This document shows, piece by piece, positions 47,740 to 56,973 of a stretch of 64,000 nucleotides of DNA (within the stretch, counting starts at the first letter, position 1; every line of letters starts with the position of its first letter). A model generated the notes under the pieces. It saw only the letters and a program-made list of their open reading frames with translations, had not been told where the DNA came from and searched no databases. The stretch covers positions 132,939-196,938 of the forward strand of contig JBAYLE010000001.1 in assembly GCA_041664225.1 (NCBI GenBank), in the 5' to 3' direction. The position numbers and the translations under genes are program-made. The DNA is from Parcubacteria group bacterium (GTDB lineage: Bacteria > Patescibacteriota > Minisyncoccia > Moranbacterales > UBA2206).

Positions 47740-48045
47740 TTATATCCCGATACTGTCTAGGATATATTTTTTTGTGAAGATGGAATCTTTAGGGAGCGCT
47801 TTCCCTTTTCTCCCTGTTGGCATGGGATCCAGGCCAGTCACACCTCTTTTTAAAGCTCTGGCTAACTGTGGCTGGCTATCCTGTACTGGTCCGAAAAGAT
47901 CATCATAAAGTCTTTCTGCAGCATTATGCACCTCTTCATATTCCCCGAATCCTATATGATCCGGATTACCGTCCCATGGGTGTATCCTCCTTAAGCAGTC
48001 TTCCGCGGTGGGTTCTTTCACTTTCTTTTTCTTAGTATCTGCCAT
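47740..48045 (-). CDS. Hypothetical protein (ORFan)
   Basis: 101-aa ORF with GAGGGAGGG SD and a downstream hairpin. Confidence 0.65.
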   Translation of the reverse strand: MADTKKKKVKEPTAEDCLRRIHPWDGNPDHIGFGEYEEVHNAAERLYDDLFGPVQDSQPQLARALKRGVTGLDPMPTGRKGKALPKDSIFTKKYILDSIGI

Positions 48046-48145
48046 TTTTGGCCCTCCCTCAAGAATTTATTATGGACAAGGCAAAATATTCTAAAAATTA
48101 AAACACTCAACCTTGATCAGAATTGTATTTTTAATGAACTGTCTA

Positions 48146-48739
48146 TTATACCAGTTCTCGGCGATTTGTCAAGGCCGCGGAAAGGGTGGCTTCGTCAGCG
48201 TATTCGATGTCGCCGCCGGTGGCCAAGCCCTTGGCTAGGCGGGATATTTTGATTGGTACGTTTAAATCTTTGATTTGTCGCTTTAAATAGAGCGCAGTCG
48301 CGTCGCCTTCAGTGGTCGGATTGGTAGCTAGAATTATTTCTTCGGTTTTTTCCTTTTGTATTCTATCCATCAGTTCAGAAATTTTCAAATTCTGACTGTC
48401 GGTTCCGGAAAAAATTACTCCGCCCAGCACATGGTATAGTCCTTTGTAAACCCCGGTCTTTTCGATCGAGATTATATCCAGGGGCTCTTCGACGACGCAG
48501 ATAGTTTTTTGGTCGCGATTTGAATTTTTGCAGATTTCGCAAAGACCGTCTTCAGAAATATTAAAACATCTCCGGCAGCTTTTGAGATTTTTCAGTTCCT
48601 CCAGGTTTTTGGCAAATTCTTCTAGCTTGCCATTGTCTTGTTTGAATAAAAACAAAACCAACCGTTCGGCCATCTTGGGGCCGACGGAAGGGAGGGATGA
48701 AAAGTTTTCTATCAGTTTTTTGAAAGATTTTGGGTACAT
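48146..48739 (-). CDS. recR: Recombination mediator RecR
   Basis: LPSVGPKMAER, C4 zinc finger, ICVVEE, YHVLGG, ATNPTTEGDAT. Confidence 0.97.
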   Translation of the reverse strand: MYPKSFKKLIENFSSLPSVGPKMAERLVLFLFKQDNGKLEEFAKNLEELKNLKSCRRCFNISEDGLCEICKNSNRDQKTICVVEEPLDIISIEKTGVYKGLYHVLGGVIFSGTDSQNLKISELMDRIQKEKTEEIILATNPTTEGDATALYLKRQIKDLNVPIKISRLAKGLATGGDIEYADEATLSAALTNRRELV

Positions 48740-48742
48740 AGT

Positions 48743-50104
48743 TTAATCGGTGTGCGCTCGCTCGAGCGATTTGAAAGTGGTTGAGTTCTCATTGAAGTAT
48801 ACCGAAATTTTACCAACCGGTCCATTTCTGTGTTTGGCGATAATAATGTCTACGATATTTTTGTTTGGAGTATCGGGTTTTTCGCGGTCTTCACGATAGA
48901 GGAACATCACGATGTCTGCATCTTGTTCGATTGATCCTGATTCGCGCAGATCGGAAAGTTTTGGAATTTGCGGGCTCCTGGATTCAACGGCGCGGGACAA
49001 CTGGGAAAGGGCGATAATCGGAATATTTAACTCGCGCGCCAGCTGTTTCAACGACCGGGAAATTTCGGAAATTTCGTTGACGCGATTGTCGCCACTACCA
49101 CCGCGTCCCTCCATAAGTTGTAGATAATCGACAATAATCAATCCGACATTGTGTTCGGCTTGCAGGCGCCGCGCCATGGTGCGCATTTCCATAACATTAG
49201 CACTGCCGGCGTCATCGATGAAAATCGGAGCTTCTGAAAGGACTCCCATCGCGTCGCCGATCCTTTGAAAATCATCATCGCCGTCGCCTGATTTGAGTCT
49301 CCCGGTGCGCAAGCGCCACAAGTCCACGCCGGATTCGGCTGCGAGCATCCTGTCGATCAACTGGTCGGAGGACATTTCCAACGAGAATATGCCTACCGGA
49401 ATTTTTTGTTGAGTGGCAATTTGACGGGCGAGGTCCAAGGCCAGCGTGGTTTTACCGATGGAAGGGCGCGCCGCCAGAATTACTAAATCCGATTTTTGAA
49501 AACCGGCCAGAATATTATCCAGATCGGGAAAGCCGGTCGGAATGCCGCGCAATTTATGGTCGCCCTTATGCAGTTCATCGATACGGTTAAAAGCAGCTTC
49601 CAAAATTGATTTTATCGGTACAAAATCCTGCTTGATATATTTTTGTGAAACTCCAAACAATCGCTGTTCAGCTTTATCCAGGATTTTTTCCACATCTTCC
49701 GATTCATTGTAGCCAAGCTCTACGATCTCGCTGGCGGCTTCGATCAATTTACGCAGTGTTGATTTTTTCTGGACTACCTTGGCGTAATGGACGATGTTGG
49801 AAGAAGAAGGAATGGTGTTGACCAAGGAAGTCAAATAGCTTGATCCGCCGATTTTTTCCAATTGTTTTTTTTCTTCCAATCGGTTGGAAAGTGAAAGAAC
49901 GTCGATCGGTTCGCGCTGTTCGTACAATTCCACCATCGCTTCGTAGATCATATTATGGTCGTCTTTGTAAAAATCGCCGATGCGGATCAAATTCGCGATT
50001 TTGATAATGGCGTCTTTGTCCAACATCAAAGCGCCCAGGACGGATCGTTCAGCGTCGATGTTTTGCGGCGGGACTTTTATATTGTCGACTTCGCTTTTGG
50101 CCAT
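48743..50104 (-). CDS. dnaB: Replicative DNA helicase
   Basis: PPQNIDAE, AARPSIGKT, SLEMS, VDYLQL, SQLSR, DLRESGSIEQDAD, KHRNGP; no intein. Confidence 0.98.
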   Translation of the reverse strand: MAKSEVDNIKVPPQNIDAERSVLGALMLDKDAIIKIANLIRIGDFYKDDHNMIYEAMVELYEQREPIDVLSLSNRLEEKKQLEKIGGSSYLTSLVNTIPSSSNIVHYAKVVQKKSTLRKLIEAASEIVELGYNESEDVEKILDKAEQRLFGVSQKYIKQDFVPIKSILEAAFNRIDELHKGDHKLRGIPTGFPDLDNILAGFQKSDLVILAARPSIGKTTLALDLARQIATQQKIPVGIFSLEMSSDQLIDRMLAAESGVDLWRLRTGRLKSGDGDDDFQRIGDAMGVLSEAPIFIDDAGSANVMEMRTMARRLQAEHNVGLIIVDYLQLMEGRGGSGDNRVNEISEISRSLKQLARELNIPIIALSQLSRAVESRSPQIPKLSDLRESGSIEQDADIVMFLYREDREKPDTPNKNIVDIIIAKHRNGPVGKISVYFNENSTTFKSLERAHTD

Positions 50105-50347
50105 ATTAGTTTATTAATTATATCAGCTTCAAAATCAAAATCAACATGGAGTAAGACCCAATTTATGCAGGGCTTGTGAACATATTGACATAAAACTTTA
50201 AATATGCTATTATCAGCCGTTGCATATGCGCCCTTAGGCGTGTAGCAAAACCCATTAGAACAAGGGGGTAAAACTTGTTTAGGATGCCTGCTTCGCAGCT
50301 TCCGCAGTTCTTAAGATCTGGCGTCGCCAGAGAAGGAGGAATTAATT

Positions 50348-51148
50348 ATGTTGCCAAAGGATTATTTATTGGAAGTAAAAGGAAAAAATCAAGTTACTCT
50401 GGAGGCAAGAAGTACGGCTCTAATTGCTCTTATTGCCATTACTCCCAATGTAAGGTCAAGCGTTCCAGCTGACAGAACAGGAAATGGTTTTGTGTATGTG
50501 CCCTCAATAAGTTTTTTTGTGGAAGAGGGAAAAAGAGGACTGATCGCTCTTCGAGCGAATCCGGACAAAGGCAGTTCCATAGACATGATTGTTTCTATTG
50601 AAAACGATTGGGCGGAAACGAGCGTGGACATCGGTCACCACTGGAAACCATCGTTAGATAGGATTGGGCAAGCAGCAAATTCAGGAATTGTGGTAAATAT
50701 TGATGGTATTTTCTATACGTCAGATATTTATTACACAAAGAAAGATAAAAGGATTGTCAATAACGCAAACCTTCTTCTGACTTATCTTAACAAGGAAGTT
50801 CCTGCACAAGCCATCATTGATGTGGCCTGTGACGAAGTCCGCGAATCCGATGCTCTTACCGAAGCGGCGGAGCTGCGGAAGAAAGTCGAAAAATCGGAAA
50901 AGCGGATTCAGAAATTAAACAAGTCACAAGAGGAACTGTGGAGTGAATTATTAAAGAGAGGAGAATTAGTTTCAACTACAGAAAAGGGCCTTAAGGAAGC
51001 TCTTGAAAAGATCGAGAAACTTCGGGCAAGCAGGCTCAAGTTCGATGAGATCATCAATGGGTTACTCGATCCGCATAAAAACAAGCCATGGTGGACAAAG
51101 AGGCTTGGAGAAATCGGAGATATCAGAGAAAAAGAATTTCTTATTTAG
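50348..51148 (+). CDS. Hypothetical protein with C-terminal coiled coil (ORFan)
   Basis: 266-aa ORF, AAGGAGG SD, own promoter TTGACA-17-TATTAT at 50185-50213. Confidence 0.75.
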   Translation: MLPKDYLLEVKGKNQVTLEARSTALIALIAITPNVRSSVPADRTGNGFVYVPSISFFVEEGKRGLIALRANPDKGSSIDMIVSIENDWAETSVDIGHHWKPSLDRIGQAANSGIVVNIDGIFYTSDIYYTKKDKRIVNNANLLLTYLNKEVPAQAIIDVACDEVRESDALTEAAELRKKVEKSEKRIQKLNKSQEELWSELLKRGELVSTTEKGLKEALEKIEKLRASRLKFDEIINGLLDPHKNKPWWTKRLGEIGDIREKEFLI

Positions 51149-51342
51149 CGAAATTTATAGCAGGTTCGCAGCCGCGAACCTGCTCTCCCCCAAAGAAAGG
51201 AGGAATTCAATGAAAATTCCCAAATAAGACCCTTTGCGCGTAATGCGGAAGGGTCCTTTTATTTTTTTAAATATAAACATACATGGGCACAAAACAAAAT
51301 ACTACCATTCAAGGTTGAATGGTAGTATACGAGAATACGAAG

Positions 51343-52293
51343 TTAGTAATTTTTTAGAATACTTTTTATTTCAGCAACGCTTTTGGCTTGGACCAGCTGG
51401 CGGCGGAGGTCGGAAGCGCCGGGGAAGCCTTTGATGCCCCAGGCCAGATGCTTTCTGATTTCAAACATTCCTAAATATTTCTTGTCTTTCCAAATCAATT
51501 CAGCATGTTTGATGAGTACTTTTTTAATTTTTTTAAAATCATACTCGGTATATTTTCCAGATTTTATAAGTTCTTTAATTTGCGCAAATATATATGGTCT
51601 ACCCCAAGCTCCGCGGGCGATGCCGAGGCCGTCGAGCAGGGGATACTCCTTTAATATTTTTACTGCTTCTTCTGGCGTGTTGATTCCACCATTAGCCAGA
51701 ACAATTTTATCCGGAATAATCTTTTTTATTTTTTCTACTATTTTAAAATCAACTTCGCCGTGGAAACTGCCTTCATAAGTTCGGCCATGCACCATCACGG
51801 CGGAAAAGAGGAGATCTTTGACATCTTCAATAAAATCAAGAGCAGTGTGTTTTTTAATGCCGGCACGGATTTTGAGGGAAACTGGCAGATCGGTATTTTC
51901 GCAAACGGCCATGATAATTTTTCTGGCCAATTCTTTTTGTGGCATCAGGGCGCAGCCGGAACCGTGGCCAAAAACCTTTTTGTCTGGACAGCCGAAATTT
52001 ATATCGATGCCGTCCGGTTTTATTTTTTGAGTTATGATTTGTGTGGCTTTGGCGAAATGAGCTGGCTCTTTGCCGAAAAGCTGAATGACGTAGGGCCGTT
52101 CTATTTTTTTAAATCTCACTAACCTCAAGGTTTTTTGCGGCTTGAAAAAAAGCGCTGAGACGCTGGCCATTTCGCTGTAAACAACATCTGCTCCATGTTC
52201 TTTGCAGATCTGCCGGAAAGCGCTGTCGGTGATGCCGGCCATGGGTGCCAGAGCTAAAATCGGTCTGGGTAATTTTTTCCAAAAGTTTTTCAT
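51343..52293 (-). CDS. dusB: tRNA-dihydrouridine synthase
   Basis: LAPMAGITDSAFR, QLFG, DINFGCP, VHGRT, ANGGI; start at MKNFWKK. Confidence 0.9.
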   Translation of the reverse strand: MKNFWKKLPRPILALAPMAGITDSAFRQICKEHGADVVYSEMASVSALFFKPQKTLRLVRFKKIERPYVIQLFGKEPAHFAKATQIITQKIKPDGIDINFGCPDKKVFGHGSGCALMPQKELARKIIMAVCENTDLPVSLKIRAGIKKHTALDFIEDVKDLLFSAVMVHGRTYEGSFHGEVDFKIVEKIKKIIPDKIVLANGGINTPEEAVKILKEYPLLDGLGIARGAWGRPYIFAQIKELIKSGKYTEYDFKKIKKVLIKHAELIWKDKKYLGMFEIRKHLAWGIKGFPGASDLRRQLVQAKSVAEIKSILKNY

Positions 52294-52300
52294 GTTTTTG

Positions 52301-52518
52301 TTTCCACTTTCTTTTGGCAGCAAAAGAAAGTGGAGAAAGAAAACTGCCGGCACAGGCTCGTGCTGGCTGAATTTATAATCTGGCTCGCTAAAATTTATAC
52401 GCTCGCGGCGAGCTATGATAAATTTCTTAACGCTCGCCAGCTTGAAATTCAGAAACGCACTTCGCTATGTGCGGAGATATTTTATTATTGAAAAAAGACG
52501 CATATTTCACATGCTCGA
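52301..52518. repeat. Structured repeated element, copy 2
   Basis: Near-identical to 19729-19947 except a 27-nt variable segment. Confidence 0.9.
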
Positions 52519-52546
52519 GTAATTTTTTGAAATTTGATATTCAAGG

Positions 52547-52714
52547 TTACTCCGATATTTTGATGTCTCCCTCCGGGGTTTCTTCAACTTTGTATCCTAA
52601 CGCTTCTATTTCTTTTTCCAGGTCTTTTACCTTGTCTTCAGGAGTTTTTTCTCCGTCAGCCGGCGGGTTATTGTCATCGCAAGCGCAATGTCCGCATCCG
52701 CATGAATGTCCCAT
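52547..52714 (-). CDS. Small Cys-rich protein (55 aa, absent from the ORF track)
   Basis: MGHSCGCGHCACDDNNPPADGEKTPEDKVKDLEKEIEALGYKVEETPEGDIKISE*, starting 20 nt after the cysS stop. Confidence 0.7.
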   Translation of the reverse strand: MGHSCGCGHCACDDNNPPADGEKTPEDKVKDLEKEIEALGYKVEETPEGDIKISE

Positions 52715-52733
52715 ATTTTTATTTCTTCCCGCC

Positions 52734-54158
52734 TTAGCGGGCAGGTTTGATTAAATAATTATTATCCTTCAAGTCCTCGATAGTGTATCCCAGTTCGGCG
52801 ATTTTGTCACGCAAATCATCGGAAGCCTTGAAATCTTTTTGAACGCGTGCCGTCTTTCTTTCCTCAGCCAAAGCCTTTATATTTTCTGGAATCGCAGATG
52901 TCTCGGGCAATATTAACCCGAAAACTTTATTTATTTTTTTCCAGAGCGCAAGGATATTTTTTACTTCTGCCACGTCCAGCTTATTCTCTGCCAAAAACTT
53001 ATTGGTTTCTGTGATTAATTCGTACAAAACACTTAAGGCCAATGGCGTGTTAAGATCATCGTCCATTGCTTTTTCAAAGCTCTCTTGATATTTTTTGATA
53101 TCGATTTTTTCTACTTCCGCAGCAACTTTTATTGTCTTGAGACTATTAACAAAATCCGAAATACGTATAAGATTAGATTGAGCTTGTTCCATTATTTCCC
53201 AAGTAAAATTCATCTGACTTCGGTAATGCGAAGATAAGACAGCTAGACGCAGAATTGTCGGAGCATATCCTTTTTCTTTTATATTTTCCAAGGTATAAAA
53301 ATTGCCTTTGGATTTTGCCATTTTTTCGCCGTCGACCAAAAGATGCCGACAGTGAATCCAGTAATTTACAAATTTTTTTCCAGTGGCGCATTCAGTTTGA
53401 GCGATTTCTGCTTCATGATGGGGAAAAATATTATCCTCTCCACCGGTGTGAATATCAATCGTATCGCCCAGATATTCAGTACTCATGGCGCTACATTCTA
53501 TGTGCCAGCCGGGATAACCCAAAGACCAGGGAGATTCCCACTTGAGAAGGTGCTTTTCAGGAGCTTTGAGCCAAAGCGCGAAATCCCAGGGGTTCTTTTT
53601 ATCTGGATGCTCTTCGAGACGCGCGCCAACTTTTAAATTTTCCAAAGTATTGCCGGAAAGTTTGCCGTAATCAGGAAAAGACGTAACATCAAAAAAAACA
53701 TTACCATTTTTTTCATAAGCGCAGCCTTTTTGAATCAGCGTACTGATTATTTTTATCATTTGCGGGATGTGAGCAGTGGCGCGCGGAAAAAAATGCGCCG
53801 GTAGGATATTCATTTCATCTTCTGTGCTATGGAAGTATTCCTCGTAAAATTTTGCGATTTCCGCCGGTGTCTTTTTTTCGGTCAGGGATTTTTTGAGAAA
53901 TTTATCTTCGCCAGAATCCCCCTGGCCAATAGTATCTTCAGTCAAGTGTCCAACATCAGTAATGTTTTTTATCATGCGCACTTCATATCCAAGATATTCC
54001 AAGTAACGTCGAGCGGTGTCAGACATCAGATAGGAGCGGATATTTCCAATATGAATGAAATCATAAACTGTCGGCCCACAAACATACATCCCGACCTTGC
54101 CGGGATTGATCGGTTTAAATTCTTCTTTGGATTTGGTTAAGGTGTTATAAATCTTCAT
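52734..54158 (-). CDS. cysS: Cysteine--tRNA ligase
   Basis: YVCGPTVY, HIGN, DFALW, PGWHIECSAM, FPHHEAE, KMAKS. Confidence 0.98.
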   Translation of the reverse strand: MKIYNTLTKSKEEFKPINPGKVGMYVCGPTVYDFIHIGNIRSYLMSDTARRYLEYLGYEVRMIKNITDVGHLTEDTIGQGDSGEDKFLKKSLTEKKTPAEIAKFYEEYFHSTEDEMNILPAHFFPRATAHIPQMIKIISTLIQKGCAYEKNGNVFFDVTSFPDYGKLSGNTLENLKVGARLEEHPDKKNPWDFALWLKAPEKHLLKWESPWSLGYPGWHIECSAMSTEYLGDTIDIHTGGEDNIFPHHEAEIAQTECATGKKFVNYWIHCRHLLVDGEKMAKSKGNFYTLENIKEKGYAPTILRLAVLSSHYRSQMNFTWEIMEQAQSNLIRISDFVNSLKTIKVAAEVEKIDIKKYQESFEKAMDDDLNTPLALSVLYELITETNKFLAENKLDVAEVKNILALWKKINKVFGLILPETSAIPENIKALAEERKTARVQKDFKASDDLRDKIAELGYTIEDLKDNNYLIKPAR

Positions 54159-54520
54159 GAATTAATTTTTTTCTGGATAAATATGCCAAAAAACAGGCCC
54201 ATGATAAATCCTATAAAAGTTACATAAAGTAATCCAAATCCCCACATGTCCCCGATAAATTCATTATTTTTCAAATCAATATATAGCCAAAACGAGTTAA
54301 TACTCAGCCCAATCAAGGCGAAAAGAGACATGCACTCTATTATTATAAACACAGGATTGTTGTTTTTTCTCCTACTAATTAAATATAAATAGAAAAATAA
54401 AAACAGAGGCATTATCACTGTGTATCCTCTGAATGAATCAATTAAAAAAAAGTCGATGTAAAAACCCAAAGAAAAAGTTATAATTATTGTAAATTTAAAT
54501 CTCATTATAACATCCAGCAT
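54155..54520 (-). CDS. AT-rich hypothetical membrane protein
   Basis: 121-aa ORF with about four TM segments between corA and cysS, overlapping the cysS start. Confidence 0.55.
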   Translation of the reverse strand: MLDVIMRFKFTIIITFSLGFYIDFFLIDSFRGYTVIMPLFLFFYLYLISRRKNNNPVFIIIECMSLFALIGLSINSFWLYIDLKNNEFIGDMWGFGLLYVTFIGFIMGLFFGIFIQKKINS

Positions 54521-54524
54521 AGAT

Positions 54525-55433
54525 TTAGAGCCATTTTTTTATTTTAAACAGAGCCATCGTAAGTAGGGCGATTAAAAGCATGATTAAAGCATGAATCCAA
54601 AATCCATGTGGATTTCTGCCAAAAGGAATGTCGGCGCTCATGGCCAGAATATTAGAATATACGGTAATGGGGAGGAAAATCGCGGAAAAAATCGTCAAAA
54701 CTTTCATGGTGAGGTTCAGTTTATTGGAAAGCAAGGAATTATTGGTTTCCTCCAAAGACTCCACGGTTTCCTTGGAACTTTCCAGCCCGTTCCAGACGCG
54801 GATATTGGTGCCGATCAAATCTTGAAAATATGGACGCAAAGTGTGATCGATGAAACGAAACTCTCTTTGCGCCAATGATTCAATGACGGAGCGCTGCGGC
54901 TTGAGGGTGCGACGAAAATTGAGGATATCCCGTTTGACGACGGAAATTTCAAATACCATTTCCTTTTCATGTCCGGCGAAAATTTCTTGTTCAACATAAT
55001 CCAATTTTTGGGAGATATGGTCCAGTTTAGGAAAACAAGATTCCAAAAGCATCTCAATTATGCTGTGCAGCAAGGCGGCTGGCGAATGAGCCATTTTTTC
55101 TTCGCATAGATTTTTGTCGTCTTGTAAATTATTGAAAAATTCGGTCAGTTGCCAAATTTCTTTGTCGTGAGATGTTATCAAAGCGTCCTTAGTAATTACA
55201 ATATCCAGCTCGCCAGGGTAGGTTGTGCGCAAAGTCGTGTCAAATAAAGGAATATGGATAGCTAGATAAAGGCAAGTGTCATATTCAACTGCCTTAGGAC
55301 GCAATGTTGGGGTGGATAATTCTTCCACGACAATCGGATGCAAAGAATATTCTTTTTGTAGCTCGATGACTGCGTCAGCATCAGGCTCGGCAAAATCTAT
55401 CCATTTAAATTTGCTTGATTTGATTTCTTGCAT
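54525..55433 (-). CDS. corA: CorA family magnesium transporter
   Basis: RPKAVEY, MKVLTIFS..FLP, two C-terminal TM helices; GMN motif replaced by AMS. Confidence 0.88.
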   Translation of the reverse strand: MQEIKSSKFKWIDFAEPDADAVIELQKEYSLHPIVVEELSTPTLRPKAVEYDTCLYLAIHIPLFDTTLRTTYPGELDIVITKDALITSHDKEIWQLTEFFNNLQDDKNLCEEKMAHSPAALLHSIIEMLLESCFPKLDHISQKLDYVEQEIFAGHEKEMVFEISVVKRDILNFRRTLKPQRSVIESLAQREFRFIDHTLRPYFQDLIGTNIRVWNGLESSKETVESLEETNNSLLSNKLNLTMKVLTIFSAIFLPITVYSNILAMSADIPFGRNPHGFWIHALIMLLIALLTMALFKIKKWL

Positions 55434-55521
55434 AAGTTTATTTTATGAATTGACGTATTCTAATTGTACCAACAAAAGCTGAATTTGACAAAAAAAACGC
55501 GGCGCTGTTAAGATAAGACAT

Positions 55522-55764
55522 ATGGCGAAGCAAATCGTTTTATTTTTAATAAGGATTTATCAAAAGACGCTTTCTATTGACCATGGCCCTTTGCGCAAAT
55601 ATGTGCTCACCGGAACTTGCCGTTATTATCCGACTTGTAGCGAATATACCCGCCAAGCCGTTGAGCGCTTTGGAGTTTTCAAGGGTATTTGGCTTGGCTC
55701 AAGAAGAGTGCTTCGTTGCCATCCTTGGCACGAGGGCGGAGTTGACCCAGTTCCGGAAAAATAA
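55522..55764 (+). CDS. yidD: Membrane protein insertion efficiency factor
   Basis: CRYYPTCSEY, RCHPW..GGVDPVP. Confidence 0.95.
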   Translation: MAKQIVLFLIRIYQKTLSIDHGPLRKYVLTGTCRYYPTCSEYTRQAVERFGVFKGIWLGSRRVLRCHPWHEGGVDPVPEK

Positions 55765-55834
55765 TAAAAGACAGCATAAAACATGCTGAATATTTTCTAA
55801 ATTTGTTTTTTTACAAAAGAAAGGAGGTGAAGCA

Positions 55835-56038
55835 ATGAGTAGAGGATCAGGGCTTGGTTTGGGTTCGGATAGTCTTATTGAAGAAATAAAAAGATTCAGC
55901 GTGCTTCCTACCAGCGTTTGCTCGGGAGGAGATCTCTCGGTTGTGAATCCCGTTGTCGTGGCGAAAAAGAAAAAACGAAAAGAAACCGTACTAACAGTCG
56001 GGAAATGCCCGATGTTTGATGGGCGTTCGTCTGACTGA
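55835..56038 (+). CDS. Small hypothetical protein (ORFan)
   Basis: AAAGGAGGTGA SD; followed by a long hairpin aaagggattgct/agcaatcccttt (56045-56101). Confidence 0.5.
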   Translation: MSRGSGLGLGSDSLIEEIKRFSVLPTSVCSGGDLSVVNPVVVAKKKKRKETVLTVGKCPMFDGRSSD

Positions 56039-56169
56039 ACGGTGAAAGGGATTGCTTTGTATATCGCAGCACTGATGTGCGCGAGACAGAGCAATCCCTT
56101 TAATTTTGGCTAAATTTAAGGGCATTGGTGAAATAGTTGACAGGATGATTTGTAGTAGTAAAATAGCAA

Positions 56170-56196
56170 TTAGCACTCGGACTTGACGAGTGCTAA
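56170..56196. promoter_or_regulatory. CIRCE element
   Basis: Perfect TTAGCACTC-N9-GAGTGCTAA upstream of hrcA. Confidence 0.97.
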
Positions 56197-56216
56197 TGGG
56201 GTGCTATAATACAAAT

Positions 56217-56954
56217 ATGAATACTCGGCAACAAAAAATTCTTTCCGCTGTGATTGAAGATTATACAAATACAGCCATCCCGGTAGGCTCGAATGTTTTG
56301 GTGGAAAAATATAATTTCAAGATCAGCCCGGCTACGATCAGAAACGATATGGTCCAACTGGAAAAAGAGGGCTATCTGCATCAGCCGCATATCAGCGCGG
56401 GCAGGATTCCGACGGACAAAGGCTATAAATATTTCGTGGAAGAAATGATGGGCGACACCGAACTAACTTTAGCCGAACAGAAAAAATTGCAAGCGGAACT
56501 TTTAAAAATGAAAGCCCAGCACAATCGCTTGTCGCGTACCACTGCCAAACTGCTTTCGTCTTTTACCGGCAACCTGGCTATCAGTGGTCTTGAAAAAGAT
56601 TTTTCCGAATTTGGCATCCGCGAACTTTTGGAACAGCCGGAATTCAAAGAAATCGACGCATTTTGCAAAGTGGCGGAAGCGCTGGATTATATCGATGAAA
56701 ATATCGACACGCTTCTCAAGGGCGTGAAGCCGGGGGAAACCAGAATTTTCATCGGCAAGGAAAACCCGATTAAAGAAATTTCCAACTGCTCGATGGTCAT
56801 CTCTCCCTACCGGACCAAAAAGGGCGAAAAAGGCGTCTTGGCCATCATCGGGCCAAAGCGCATGCAATATGCCAAGAACAAATCATTGATCAACTACATG
56901 AAGAAGCTTTTGGGCGCGTCGTCTGTGGTAATATTAATAATCAGTCATTTATAA
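56217..56954 (+). CDS. hrcA: Heat-inducible transcription repressor (short form)
   Basis: RQQKIL, PVGS, SPATIRNDM, QPHISAGRIPTDKGY, IGPKRMQY; CIRCE upstream. Confidence 0.93.
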   Translation: MNTRQQKILSAVIEDYTNTAIPVGSNVLVEKYNFKISPATIRNDMVQLEKEGYLHQPHISAGRIPTDKGYKYFVEEMMGDTELTLAEQKKLQAELLKMKAQHNRLSRTTAKLLSSFTGNLAISGLEKDFSEFGIRELLEQPEFKEIDAFCKVAEALDYIDENIDTLLKGVKPGETRIFIGKENPIKEISNCSMVISPYRTKKGEKGVLAIIGPKRMQYAKNKSLINYMKKLLGASSVVILIISHL

Positions 56955-56973
56955 TTGGATATTTAAAAATAAT

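Noticed and set aside
50240-50285. c-di-GMP-I riboswitch
   Set aside because: Only a GCAAAAC resemblance; the GAAA tetraloop and receptor arrangement is missing.
19729-52518. CRISPR array interpretation of the repeat with variable segment
   Set aside because: Only two dispersed copies with a 174-nt scaffold, no tandem repeat-spacer array and no cas genes.
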